A DNA stretch of 64,000 bases, taken from IMG/VR virus record IMGVR_UViG_3300013105_000004, positions 13,973 through 77,972 of that record; one strand, written 5' to 3'. Position 1 is the stretch's first letter. Each line of letters opens with the position of its first letter. Positions 36,297 to 45,892 of this stretch are shown here, in pieces. Below the pieces are notes generated by a model. That model ran no database searches. It worked only from the letters and a program-made list of their open reading frames with translations, and had not been told where the DNA came from. The translations under genes and the position numbers were made by a program. The DNA comes from a virus. Lineage: Duplodnaviria; Heunggongvirae; Uroviricota; Caudoviricetes.

Positions 36297-37272
36297 ACTT
36301 GTATGCATCGACGGTGATATCCTTGCGTACCGAGCATCAGCAGCGAACGAGAAACGCTTCGTGAAATGTATCCACAAGGAGACAGCGGACGAGGTAGAAT
36401 TCGACACGCTGACCAAGTTCCGAGAGTGGGCAGGGGACACGGTAGACGCATACGACGTGACGCCGGGACAGAAGGCAGGACCGTTGCAGAACGCCTTCCA
36501 CATCCTGAATCACATGATCGACAACATCGTGAAAGCTTGCAAGGCAAAGAGCTATCACATCGTCGTTAGCGGAGACAACAACTTCCGCCTCGACCTTCCG
36601 TTGCCGACACGGTACAAGGATTCCCGCAAAGACACAGCGAAACCGTTGCAGCTTCAAGACTGCAAGAACTACCTCATCAACTCGCATGCCGCTGAAATCA
36701 GCGATGGCGTGGAAGCGGACGATGTGCTCGTTGCTTACATGACCGCTGGACATACGCAAGCGTCGATTGATAAGGATGCCAACCACGGACCGGGGCATCT
36801 TTACAACTGGGACAACATGACGGAACCGGAGTACATCAGCGGGTACGGTGAACTGATCGAGATTGTGAAAGAGACCGCCCGTAAAACGGCCGCTGGCAAG
36901 CCGATCTTCACCCGTGACATCAAAGGGAAGGGCCGTGTGTGGCTGTACTTCCAAATGGTGTTCGGTGATCCTGTGGATGCGTACAAGCCCTGCGAACTCG
37001 CCAAGGTGAAGTTCGGGGAGATTGGAGCGTACGAACTGTTGCGTCACTGCAAAACGGATAAAGAAGCGCTGGAAGCTGTCGCCAAGCAATACAAGATTTG
37101 GTATCCTGAACCTATTACGTATCGTGCGTGGGACGGTTCGCTACAAGAGAACAAATCGTGGCTGGACATCTGGCAACTCTACGCCGACTGCGCATTCATG
37201 CGTCGTTGGGACGGAGACAGGTTCGACGTGCGAAAGGTGCTGAAGAAAGCGGGGATCGAATATGAAGGATAA
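36277..37272 (+). CDS. 5'-3' exonuclease / flap endonuclease (FEN, T7 gp6-like)
   Basis: LVCIDGDILAYRA PIN-like N-terminus; acidic metal-binding residues. Confidence 0.7.
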   Translation: MYMELPKLVCIDGDILAYRASAANEKRFVKCIHKETADEVEFDTLTKFREWAGDTVDAYDVTPGQKAGPLQNAFHILNHMIDNIVKACKAKSYHIVVSGDNNFRLDLPLPTRYKDSRKDTAKPLQLQDCKNYLINSHAAEISDGVEADDVLVAYMTAGHTQASIDKDANHGPGHLYNWDNMTEPEYISGYGELIEIVKETARKTAAGKPIFTRDIKGKGRVWLYFQMVFGDPVDAYKPCELAKVKFGEIGAYELLRHCKTDKEALEAVAKQYKIWYPEPITYRAWDGSLQENKSWLDIWQLYADCAFMRRWDGDRFDVRKVLKKAGIEYEG

Positions 37273-37459
37273 CGTTCTGGAGCTGACGAAGGAACAGTTT
37301 GAAGCGTTCCTCGACCTTCCCGCTGTAAAGGCTACGTACACGTACTATATGTACAAGACCGATCCGAAGCATCTGGCGGACGTACCTCGCTCACTGCTGG
37401 GTCGTCGCTGGTTGAAGTTCGCTGGTATTTACTACGTCGTGGGAGAATCGGATGGCTAA
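37262..37459 (+). CDS. hypothetical protein (65 aa)
   Basis: ORF. Confidence 0.4.
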   Translation: MKDNVLELTKEQFEAFLDLPAVKATYTYYMYKTDPKHLADVPRSLLGRRWLKFAGIYYVVGESDG

Positions 37460-38006
37460 GAAGGACGCCCCGAAGACCCGGTGTGGCGGGACGATGACGG
37501 AGAGTCAGTTTCTTGCATGGGTGCGCTCGGCACTCCGTTCTAAGAGCCTCCGGTGGCCCCCGAGGAACGAGGCATTGGAGCTTGCTAGACGCCCTTACAA
37601 GGGGCCAAATAAGCTTCAGAAGTGGGAGTACTCCTGTTCGATCTGTAAGCAGTGGTACAAGGCTAAGGAGGTTTGCGTAGACCACTATCCGAAGCCGGCT
37701 GGCAGCATCCTTTCAGTGGAAGACATCGGAGCGTTCGTGAACAACCTGTACTGCGAAGTTGACAACCTTCGCGTGCTTTGTGTTCCATGCCACGAGATTC
37801 ATACACTGGCAGACAAAGAGGGGGTTAGTTTCGAGGAAGCGAGAGCCATGAAAAAAGTGATCGAGATTACGAAACAACCAGTAAAGAAAGTACTTGAGTT
37901 TCTTACGCAACATGGGTACAATAACCGCTCTGATGTAAGTAACGCTACCAAGCGTAAGGAGCTTGTCACCAAAATTTTGAAGGAGCAACATGAGCAACAC
38001 AATTGA
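37452..38006 (+). CDS. HNH-family nuclease
   Basis: CSIC...CVDHYP...LCVPCH. Confidence 0.6.
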   Translation: MAKKDAPKTRCGGTMTESQFLAWVRSALRSKSLRWPPRNEALELARRPYKGPNKLQKWEYSCSICKQWYKAKEVCVDHYPKPAGSILSVEDIGAFVNNLYCEVDNLRVLCVPCHEIHTLADKEGVSFEEARAMKKVIEITKQPVKKVLEFLTQHGYNNRSDVSNATKRKELVTKILKEQHEQHN

Positions 38007-38829
38007 CTGGACCGTACTGGCCGTGAAGTTGGACGAGGCGGGGTCGAGCTGGCGAGAAATCGCAGAGATGTTGAAGAAGCCGAAGAGCACTGTCAGTGAC
38101 TTCCTCCGTGGCTACCACGCACAGAAGAAGATCGCGGCAGGTAACGATGGCTACGACAACAGCCGTATCCTGTTCATCTCGGACCAGCACATCCCGTACC
38201 ATCACGAAGGCATGTTCGAATTTCTGGAGATGCTGAAGAAGAAGTACGACCCAACGCGTGTTGTTAATCTCGGAGACGAGCTGGACAAGCATGCGATGAG
38301 CTACCACGACTCGGACCCTGATCTTCCTAGCGCTGGTGATGAATTGGAGCGTTCGCTTCCGTACATCAAGCAACTGGAAGCGATGTTCCCAGTCATGGAT
38401 TTGGTGGAATCTAACCACGGATCGATGCACTTGCGTAAAGCGAAGACCCACGGGTTTTCGAAGCGCTACATGCGTACCTACAACGAAATCCTCGAAGTGG
38501 GTGACGGATGGAAGTGGCACAACGATCTGACGTTGGACATGAGCGAATGGAACGTCCCTGACGTTTATGTTCACCACGGGAAGACGAAACGTGCTATCAT
38601 GACGAGCAAGGCGATGAGCATGAGCCACGTGTGCGGACACTACCACGAATCGTTCGGTGTTGAGTACTGGGCGAATCCGAAAGGTCTGTACTTCGGCATG
38701 AACGCTGGTTGCCTGATCGATGACAAGAAGCTGGCATTCAGTTACAACAAGATTTTCCCGCACCGTCCCATCATCGGGACCGGGCTGATTATCGAAGGTG
38801 TGCCGGTCATGGAAGCAATGAAACTGTAA
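37990..38829 (+). CDS. HTH-fused calcineurin-like metallophosphoesterase
   Basis: N-terminal SWREIAEMLKKPKSTVSDFLR (HTH); FISDQH, GDELD, NHG metallophosphatase motifs. Confidence 0.65.
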   Translation: MSNTIDWTVLAVKLDEAGSSWREIAEMLKKPKSTVSDFLRGYHAQKKIAAGNDGYDNSRILFISDQHIPYHHEGMFEFLEMLKKKYDPTRVVNLGDELDKHAMSYHDSDPDLPSAGDELERSLPYIKQLEAMFPVMDLVESNHGSMHLRKAKTHGFSKRYMRTYNEILEVGDGWKWHNDLTLDMSEWNVPDVYVHHGKTKRAIMTSKAMSMSHVCGHYHESFGVEYWANPKGLYFGMNAGCLIDDKKLAFSYNKIFPHRPIIGTGLIIEGVPVMEAMKL

Positions 38830-38866
38830 CGCTACGTAAGTAGCACTACCAACCAAGGAGAATGAA

Positions 38867-39100
38867 ATGATTTTTGACGTACGTAATGATGGTGCTGGCG
38901 AAGTTGATGAAGTGGTGTTTGCAGACGGCAAAGCTGCTGACGGTAGCTACCAAGCCCATCGCATCGAGCCGCACACTAAAGGTCGCGATGTGAAGGTGTT
39001 CGATGGTTCCGGCGACTATGTGTACGTGAACTCGGAAGATCACGCACGCGACCTCATCAAAGCCCTGAACAAAGCAATTGAACTGGGCTGGCTGAAATGA
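38867..39100 (+). CDS. hypothetical protein (77 aa)
   Basis: leader ACCAACCAAGGAGAATGAAATG. Confidence 0.5.
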   Translation: MIFDVRNDGAGEVDEVVFADGKAADGSYQAHRIEPHTKGRDVKVFDGSGDYVYVNSEDHARDLIKALNKAIELGWLK

Positions 39101-39375
39101 CCACGCTGACCTTTCTGGAAGTTCCGATTGCGAACACCGGACTGGTCCTAGTGCTCCTTTCTAACGGGACGCTTCTACTGGAGCGCTCCCCGTTCTTCGA
39201 GCCGATGTTCGACCAACAACTGGACGGCGTGTCGGGTGCGTTCGACACGAAGGGTTTCAGTCTGCTCGACACGGAAGGGAAGTGGACGGACTACGACTAC
39301 GGTGTAGCGTACGAATACAAACAATTGCCCGCCCTGAAGGCGTGGCTGATTCAACAGAAATTGCAACTTAACTAA
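39097..39375 (+). CDS. hypothetical protein (92 aa)
   Basis: ATGA-coupled. Confidence 0.45.
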   Translation: MTTLTFLEVPIANTGLVLVLLSNGTLLLERSPFFEPMFDQQLDGVSGAFDTKGFSLLDTEGKWTDYDYGVAYEYKQLPALKAWLIQQKLQLN

Positions 39376-39385
39376 GGAGAAATAT

Positions 39386-39802
39386 ATGTCTATCGCAGAA
39401 AACTTCAACGAACTGGTTTACGAGTGCCACGAGGCTTCCTACAACGCTGGCTGGTGGAACCACAGCAAGAGCGGTCTGGACCTGAAGCGTGTTATTCTGG
39501 CCCCGCAAACGCCGCTGGAAGAACTGCTGGGTGGTGCTGTGGTAGCACAAAAGCTTTGCCTGACCCACAGCGAAATCAGCGAAGCGATGGAAGGCCATCG
39601 TAAGGGTCTGATGGACGACAAGCTACCGCACCGTCCGATGATCGAAGTCGAACTGGCTGACGCCATCATCCGGGCCTGTGATCTGGCTGGTGCAATGGGC
39701 CTCGACCTCGGCGGAGCAATCGCAGAGAAGCTTGCCTTCAACGCTGTTCGCCCTGACCACAAGAAAGAAGCCCGCGAAGCTGCTGGCGGTAAGACCTACT
39801 AA
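39386..39802 (+). CDS. MazG-like nucleotide pyrophosphohydrolase
   Basis: CLTHSEISEAMEGHRK / ELADAIIRACDLA match MazG EExxE-type helix motifs. Confidence 0.7.
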   Translation: MSIAENFNELVYECHEASYNAGWWNHSKSGLDLKRVILAPQTPLEELLGGAVVAQKLCLTHSEISEAMEGHRKGLMDDKLPHRPMIEVELADAIIRACDLAGAMGLDLGGAIAEKLAFNAVRPDHKKEAREAAGGKTY

Positions 39803-39811
39803 GGAGGCAAC

Positions 39812-40366
39812 ATGAAAACGATTAGCGTCACTGACCTGAAGCGCATCCCGGAGCTGTCACATTTGCGCATGATCGATTTCATCGATCCGAAGAATGACGC
39901 TCTGATCGCTCCTTACCTGAAAGTGTTGGGTTTCGATCTGGATTATCCAGTTGAATATCTGGCACGACAGCATCGCAATCTGGCTGGCGAAGTTGTCATC
40001 GCGTACATGATCTGCGGCGAAGTGGATATCAATTCCAGCTTCCTTACCAGCTCGTTCGCTACGGCAGAGGATCGCATCATCGCTGCTGGCTACAAGGACA
40101 TGAGCCTCGCCAACGAGATGTCCCGTTCGCTTTCGACAAGCCGCGAGTACAGCGGTGTTGCAGAAGCGTTCCCGGCAGAGTTGAGCAACCCGGACGAAGC
40201 TGCTATCATGGAACAGATAGTAGTGCTACAAAACCTGATTGACCAAGTACGGCCGAACATGAGACGCGAGGACGGGAGCCTGAAAACCATCACCGAGTAT
40301 CATGCTCCACCTGTTGAGCCGGTGAAAAAGGAGCGCAGGAAGCGTCCTGTCAAGATTGCAACGTAA
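39812..40366 (+). CDS. hypothetical protein (184 aa)
   Basis: RBS AAGGAGGCAACATG. Confidence 0.55.
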   Translation: MKTISVTDLKRIPELSHLRMIDFIDPKNDALIAPYLKVLGFDLDYPVEYLARQHRNLAGEVVIAYMICGEVDINSSFLTSSFATAEDRIIAAGYKDMSLANEMSRSLSTSREYSGVAEAFPAELSNPDEAAIMEQIVVLQNLIDQVRPNMRREDGSLKTITEYHAPPVEPVKKERRKRPVKIAT

Positions 40367-40384
40367 CACTACGTATGCTATAAT
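40356..40384 (+). promoter_or_regulatory. promoter TTGCAA-17-TATAAT
   Basis: read from sequence. Confidence 0.5.
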
Positions 40385-40444
40385 ATTCGCCTACACGGAG
40401 GCTTCGGCCTCCGTTTTCATTCAACTAACAAAAGGAAATAGAAA

Positions 40445-42307
40445 TTGGATATCTCCCAGAAAATTCTCAGTGACGTAGTGGTCTTTAACAAATATGCGAA
40501 GTACATGCCCGAAGCAGGACGCCGGGAGACGTGGGAAGAAATTTGCGACCGTAACGCAGAGATGCACATGAAGCAGTACCCGCACATGGCTTTCGAAATC
40601 GCTGACGCATTCGAGAACTACGTCAAGCCGAAGAAAGTGCTGCCGTCGATGCGTTCGATGCAGTTCGGTGGCAAGCCTATCGAGATGAACAACACTCGAA
40701 TGTTCAACTGCTGCTGCCTACCTATCGACAGCCTGCATGCGTTCTCCGAGACGATGTTCTTGCTGTTGGGCGGTAGCGGCGTTGGCTACAGCGTCCAGAA
40801 GCATCACGTCGATCAACTGCCAGTGGTGCAGGGGCCGAAGGCCAAGCGTCGTCGTTTCGTCGTCGGTGACAGCATCGAAGGCTGGGCTGATGCAGTGAAG
40901 GTTGTGGTCCGTGCCTATTTCGAAGGCCGTGCTGATCCGGACATGGACTACGGCGACATCCGTGACAAGGGCGCTCCGCTGATTACGGCTGGAGGTAAGG
41001 CTCCGGGTCCGGAACCGCTGCGTATCTGTATCGAGCAAATCCGCCACGTTCTGAACGGTGCTATCGGCCGTAAGCTGACGCCGCTGGAATGCCACGATAT
41101 CGAATGCCACATCGCTGACGCTGTGCTGTCCGGTGGTATCCGTCGTGCTGCAATGATCGCGTTCTTCAGCCCGGACGATCTGGACATGATTACGTGCAAG
41201 AGCGGCCCGTGGTGGGAACTGAATCCGCAGCGTGGTCGTGCTAACAACTCGGTGGTACTGCTGCGTGGCACGATTGACGAGGCTACGTTCAAGGCTATCT
41301 GGAAGCGTGTCGAGGATTCGAATGCTGGCGAACCGGGCGTGTACTGGACGAATGACCGTGACATCCTGAGCAATCCGTGCGTCGAGGCAACGTTGCGTAT
41401 GTACTCGTTCTGTAACCTGACGACCATCAACGGCGATGACGTTGAAACGCAGGAAGAGCTGAACCAACGTGCCCGTATCGCTACCTTCATCGGTACGTTG
41501 CAGGCTGGCTACACGAACTTCCATTACCTCCGTCCGATGTGGCGTGAAGTGACGGAAGATGATGCCCTGATCGGTGTTTCGTGCACTGGTACGGGGTCGG
41601 GCAAAGCTCTACCGCTGAACTGGGAAGAAGCAGCCCGTGAAGTCGTTGCAGAGAACGCACGTGTGGCTGCACTGATCGGCATCAACACTGCCGCTCGTAC
41701 GTCGCTGATGAAGCCGGAAGGTACTGCGTCTATCGTCGTTGGCTCGTCGTCGGGCGTCCACGCATGGCACAATGACTACTACATCCGGCGTATGCGTGTG
41801 GGTAAGAACGAAGCGCTGTATGCGTACATGGTGAAGAACTTCCCGCTGCTGGTTGAGGACTGTAAGTTCAAGCCTCATCTGGAAGCTGTGATGTCCTTCC
41901 CGCAGAAAGCCCCGGAAGGATCGATCCTGCGTACGGAAAGCTTCATGGACCTGCTGGAGCGTGTGCGTCGCTTCAATCAGGAATGGATCAAGCCGGGACA
42001 CAACCGTGGCGTGCAACGTCACAACATCTCGTGCACGATCAGCCTGAAAGCTGACGAGTGGGATGCATGCGGACAGTGGATGTGGGACCACAGGGACGAA
42101 TACAACGGTATCAGCGTCCTTCCGTATGATGGTGGCACCTACGTTCAGGCTCCGTTCGAAGACTGCACCAAGGACATGTATGACGGTCTGATGGCCTACA
42201 TCGAAGCACAGGGTTCGTTCGATCTGACACAGGTGAACGAAGAAGAAGACAACACGGCACACACGATGGAAGCTGCGTGTGCTGGCGGAGCATGCGAGGT
42301 TAAATAA
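40445..42307 (+). CDS. ribonucleotide reductase, probably class II (monomeric, NrdJ-like); TTG start
   Basis: finger-loop SNPCVEA (N-x-C-x-E), C-terminal Cys pair CAGGAC; no NrdB partner in window. Confidence 0.6.
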   Translation: MDISQKILSDVVVFNKYAKYMPEAGRRETWEEICDRNAEMHMKQYPHMAFEIADAFENYVKPKKVLPSMRSMQFGGKPIEMNNTRMFNCCCLPIDSLHAFSETMFLLLGGSGVGYSVQKHHVDQLPVVQGPKAKRRRFVVGDSIEGWADAVKVVVRAYFEGRADPDMDYGDIRDKGAPLITAGGKAPGPEPLRICIEQIRHVLNGAIGRKLTPLECHDIECHIADAVLSGGIRRAAMIAFFSPDDLDMITCKSGPWWELNPQRGRANNSVVLLRGTIDEATFKAIWKRVEDSNAGEPGVYWTNDRDILSNPCVEATLRMYSFCNLTTINGDDVETQEELNQRARIATFIGTLQAGYTNFHYLRPMWREVTEDDALIGVSCTGTGSGKALPLNWEEAAREVVAENARVAALIGINTAARTSLMKPEGTASIVVGSSSGVHAWHNDYYIRRMRVGKNEALYAYMVKNFPLLVEDCKFKPHLEAVMSFPQKAPEGSILRTESFMDLLERVRRFNQEWIKPGHNRGVQRHNISCTISLKADEWDACGQWMWDHRDEYNGISVLPYDGGTYVQAPFEDCTKDMYDGLMAYIEAQGSFDLTQVNEEEDNTAHTMEAACAGGACEVK

Positions 42308-42912
42308 TGTCTATATACATAGTCGGGTTCTCAGGCTATGTGGATGATGTCAAAGTCGGTCGCACTACTGACTTTGGCAGAAGGATTTCGGACCACATCT
42401 ACGACCACGGAAAACTGGACTACGTAGATGTGTACGAATCTACCACTGCCGATGACAAGGTTGTAGAGAGGCACATCCTCGACACGTTCAGGGTGAGGCC
42501 GAGTGAGATGCCGTTCCGTAAGCAACAAAGGGCGGGCTGGACAGAGTTTGTCAGCAAGGATAAGATCGGCGGTATCGAAAACTACCTACTAGAGCAAGGG
42601 TACGTAAAACGGGAGGACTGCTCTGTTAGCGACTTCGATCATGTCCCTGTTGGGAATCAGTTTAAGGCGAGGCTTAGCAAACTGGAGAGCGCCGTCACGG
42701 TGCTAACAATTGTAGACGGAATTATTCTCACATGCTTGATGGCTGGTAAAAGAATACCTAACACAATCGAGGAGTTTGACAACATTGCCAATGAGGCAGG
42801 ACTTGAAGGAGCTGGATGCTTTGACGAGTTTGACCTAGAGGCTGCTAAGCTGTTCGGTAGCCGCTACCCTCTGGGTGTTTTGCAACCATCAGGGGAGATG
42901 TACCTTGATTGA
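42307..42912 (+). CDS. GIY-YIG family endonuclease (homing-endonuclease-like)
   Basis: IYIVGFSGYVDDVKVGRTTDFGRRISDH resembles GIY..YIG..R..H core; located directly after RNR. Confidence 0.55.
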   Translation: MSIYIVGFSGYVDDVKVGRTTDFGRRISDHIYDHGKLDYVDVYESTTADDKVVERHILDTFRVRPSEMPFRKQQRAGWTEFVSKDKIGGIENYLLEQGYVKREDCSVSDFDHVPVGNQFKARLSKLESAVTVLTIVDGIILTCLMAGKRIPNTIEEFDNIANEAGLEGAGCFDEFDLEAAKLFGSRYPLGVLQPSGEMYLD

Positions 42913-43055
42913 ATGGAACGATAGCTTCCCGCCACTCAACCTATACAACCATCCCAGTCATGGGGTTGTCGATGTATGGTCAGAGGCGGTGAAGCTCGGG
43001 TGCATCCACGTACCCGATCATATTAAACGAGCAATTTTATACGGAGTAGATAACA

Positions 43056-43316
43056 ATGGAACAGAACCACTTGACGGTGTTTTCTAGCAAAGGTTGTGCA
43101 GGATGTAACGCTGTCATCCAGCACTTCGAGCGACTGAACATCCGACACAAGGTAGTGAAGATTGACGAGGACGGGCAAGGCATGCATGCGTTTCGTACGC
43201 TGGGCCATCGCACGGTCCCTCAGATTTACAACGAGAACATCGAACTGCTAGGTAGCTCGCTGATGGATATCCTGAAGCTGCCGACTGGCACGTTGGATTT
43301 CTACAAAGCAGCTTGA
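43056..43316 (+). CDS. NrdH/glutaredoxin-like redoxin
   Basis: CAGC redox motif, TVPQI, thioredoxin-fold length. Confidence 0.65.
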   Translation: MEQNHLTVFSSKGCAGCNAVIQHFERLNIRHKVVKIDEDGQGMHAFRTLGHRTVPQIYNENIELLGSSLMDILKLPTGTLDFYKAA

Positions 43317-43341
43317 CAGCTACGGAAGGTTACGTTACGAT
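43313..43341 (+). promoter_or_regulatory. promoter TTGACA-17-TACGAT
   Basis: read from sequence. Confidence 0.55.
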
Positions 43342-43374
43342 GTAGCCTTACTTACCAACCAAAGGAGAACTGGA

Positions 43375-43782
43375 ATGCAAAAACAACCAAAGATCGGTGC
43401 ACGTTTCATTTACGCTGATGTCAGCACTGTTACGGACTGCACCGTAGGCAAGATTTATACTATCGAACGCTACCACCCGAAATCCGGCAACGCACAGTTC
43501 CGAGACGATGTTGGCGACTGGAACAGCGGTGCTGCACCGTCCGGGCGAGGCCGTCCGACCTTCCTCGTAGGCGATTACGTGCCTCTGAAGGATATCCAAG
43601 GCATGTCCGTGATCGAAGGTGATACCATTGCTTACGCATTCGCTGGTGCACAGAGCCGTCATCTCGCTCTGTTCGAAGTCCAGCAGATCAACGGTCCTGT
43701 GGCCCTGTGCCGTGCCAAATCGGACGGTGCTGTCATCAACCTCGGCGTGTTCGAAGAGCGTGCCATCAAAATCAATTCGTAA
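43375..43782 (+). CDS. hypothetical protein (135 aa)
   Basis: leader ACCAACCAAAGGAGAACTGGAATG. Confidence 0.55.
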   Translation: MQKQPKIGARFIYADVSTVTDCTVGKIYTIERYHPKSGNAQFRDDVGDWNSGAAPSGRGRPTFLVGDYVPLKDIQGMSVIEGDTIAYAFAGAQSRHLALFEVQQINGPVALCRAKSDGAVINLGVFEERAIKINS

Positions 43783-43851
43783 CACTACTTGACAGGCTGG
43801 GTGGAATGGGATTACCATTCTATCTGGCCTTTTATTTTATCGGAGATAGAA

Positions 43852-44037
43852 ATGAACCAATGTGACGGATGCAGGGCTGGTCACGAAGTAGTGACCAAAT
43901 ACGGGTCGAAGGCCCATGTGAACGAGCGTGGCTACATGTATATGTCGTGCCAATCGCATCGCTACGTACAAGAAGAGACGCCAGAGCAACGTGCCAAGCG
44001 TGAGCTGGGCTTCCCGATTGAAGGAGTGGAGCCATGA
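43852..44037 (+). CDS. small Cys-rich protein (61 aa)
   Basis: RBS GGAGATAGAAATG; CDGC...C motif. Confidence 0.4.
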   Translation: MNQCDGCRAGHEVVTKYGSKAHVNERGYMYMSCQSHRYVQEETPEQRAKRELGFPIEGVEP

Positions 44038-44228
44038 GCGCACATCAATTGGTTCACGATTTTGACGAAGCCGCTCAGTGGTGGGGCTGGGAACGCGACC
44101 ATGGCACGGGCACCTTTGTAACGCGAGCTATGGAGGGTTACAACGCGTCGAAGGAAGCACTCACAAGCTATGTGTTGGACATGGAAGCGACGCTGGCAAT
44201 GATCGAAATGCATAAGGACAAGGTATGA
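44034..44228 (+). CDS. hypothetical protein (64 aa)
   Basis: ATGA-coupled. Confidence 0.4.
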   Translation: MSAHQLVHDFDEAAQWWGWERDHGTGTFVTRAMEGYNASKEALTSYVLDMEATLAMIEMHKDKV

Positions 44229-44512
44229 ACATCGGACTCGACTACGACGACACGTTCACTCGTGACCCTATCGGCTGGGCAGAGTTCGTCAAGTTCTTCA
44301 CGGAGCGCGGCCACAAGGTCTACATTGTGACGTGGCGGGACGAGGAAGAAGCCAAGGAAGTGCACATGGCTATGCAGTACTGGAAAGTCGAGTGTGAAGG
44401 CATATACGCTACGGACAGGAAGAATAAGGAACGCTTCATGTACGGCAAGGGTATTCGCATCGACGTAATGATTGATGACATGCCCCACGCGTGGGTACGA
44501 GATATGACGTGA
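44225..44512 (+). CDS. small HAD-like protein (DxD motif LDYDDT)
   Basis: motif only; 95 aa. Confidence 0.4.
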   Translation: MNIGLDYDDTFTRDPIGWAEFVKFFTERGHKVYIVTWRDEEEAKEVHMAMQYWKVECEGIYATDRKNKERFMYGKGIRIDVMIDDMPHAWVRDMT

Positions 44513-44614
44513 ACGCTACATACCAGTCAGACGGAGAGCTAGTCGCTATCACCATTGAAGGATTGTCGGACGAGGGTTTGACATTCCATATTTTCTACAT
44601 CAAGGAGCAAAAAC

Positions 44615-45100
44615 ATGAAGCTAGTAATCGCGGGCTCTCGGAGCATCCGGGACTACAACGTCACCCGACAGGCGATAATTGAATCCGGCCTCTGGGCCAA
44701 GTATGGAAAGAAGATTCACGTCATCTCTGGCGAAGCTGAAGGCCCGGACAAACACGGGGAGCTGTTCGCAGAGAAGGCCGGTCTGAAGCTGACGAAGAAG
44801 CCCGCTGACTGGGGCAACGTCAAAGCACGTGGGGCAGTGGTACGTCACAACAGCCGTGGGCCGTACAACGCTCTGGCGGGGCACTGGCGTAACGAAGAGA
44901 TGGCACAGATGGCCGATGCAGCTCTCATTGTGTGGGACGGACGTAGCACTGGCTCGCTCGATATGCTGCACCGTATGATCGCTCTGGACAAGCCTGCGTA
45001 CCTGTTCCCGCTGCGTATCGATGCGGATGCGCTCGACCGTCTTCAAGATAAGTGCGAAATTATTTTCCCGAATAGCTTGACGGCACGTAAGAGCCTGTAG
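44615..45100 (+). CDS. SLOG-fold (DprA/LOG-like Rossmann) domain protein
   Basis: LVIAGSRSI...HVISGEAEGPD...IVWDGRSTGS pattern typical of SLOG/DUF2493-type proteins. Confidence 0.55.
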   Translation: MKLVIAGSRSIRDYNVTRQAIIESGLWAKYGKKIHVISGEAEGPDKHGELFAEKAGLKLTKKPADWGNVKARGAVVRHNSRGPYNALAGHWRNEEMAQMADAALIVWDGRSTGSLDMLHRMIALDKPAYLFPLRIDADALDRLQDKCEIIFPNSLTARKSL

Positions 45101-45143
45101 ATAATACTACCTATCGCAACCAACCAACAATTAGGAGGAAGGA

Positions 45144-45551
45144 ATGGCTACTACGGTTTATCGCATTGAAAAGGACGGGATCGGCATGTACGGAAGCGGC
45201 GGATGCCGGGAAGAGTACGGCTACGATTCGTTCCGTCATCCGAACCCAGACGACGATGCGAAACTCCGGAAGGCCACGGATGAACGGAAGGGGCAGGACG
45301 GTAAGCTGTACTTCGATTACTCCCCTTTCCACTTCGGATTCATCAGTATCGAACAGCTCCGGGCGTGGGTGTACGCTGACGACTGGCTGCGCAGTCTGCA
45401 CGACTCGGGACACGTACTGGCTATCTGCCGCTCCGACGACGTTCTGGTCGGCTACTCGCAAGCGATTTTCAAGCGCCCGGAGAAGTATTTGAAGGTAAGT
45501 ATCAAGGACTACTTCAACTTGAAGGATGAAGAGGACGAAGAAAGTGCTTGA
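45144..45551 (+). CDS. hypothetical protein (135 aa)
   Basis: leader CGCAACCAACCAACAATTAGGAGGAAGGAATG. Confidence 0.55.
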   Translation: MATTVYRIEKDGIGMYGSGGCREEYGYDSFRHPNPDDDAKLRKATDERKGQDGKLYFDYSPFHFGFISIEQLRAWVYADDWLRSLHDSGHVLAICRSDDVLVGYSQAIFKRPEKYLKVSIKDYFNLKDEEDEESA

Positions 45552-45708
45552 CCCAGACGAAGTGTATGAGCTACGATGTGAAGCTCGTAGCAAGCAACGT
45601 ATTGAACGCTGCCAATGCGATGTAGACTGGGGCACATGCCTCGGACCAACCAACTGCCCGTACTCGGGCTATGAACAAGGAGAAGAAAATGAGCCGCAAT
45701 CAACGTGA
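45526..45708 (+). CDS. hypothetical Cys-containing small protein
   Basis: ORF overlapping neighbours; start uncertain. Confidence 0.3.
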   Translation: MKRTKKVLDPDEVYELRCEARSKQRIERCQCDVDWGTCLGPTNCPYSGYEQGEENEPQST

Positions 45709-45892
45709 AGGTAAATTCATTCCGGGCTGGTGCCTGAACCCGAACATGGTGCTCCGTAACGGTGTGTACCGTGCTGGCGTCCGTGCTGGTAAGTACGCCA
45801 ACGTGAAGGGCGTACGCAACGCTTTCGATGGCTACGCTACCATCCCCGGCCTGAGCTTCATCCGCTCGATCCGTATGGAGGCTTACGTATGA
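45689..45892 (+). CDS. hypothetical protein (67 aa)
   Basis: RBS ACAAGGAGAAGAAAATG. Confidence 0.5.
   Translation: MSRNQREGKFIPGWCLNPNMVLRNGVYRAGVRAGKYANVKGVRNAFDGYATIPGLSFIRSIRMEAYV

Noticed and set aside
44491-44682. ORF 44491..44682+ (GTG start) overlapping the SLOG gene start
   Set aside because: It overlaps the 3' end of 44225..44512 and the strongly signalled start of 44615..45100, and has no RBS.
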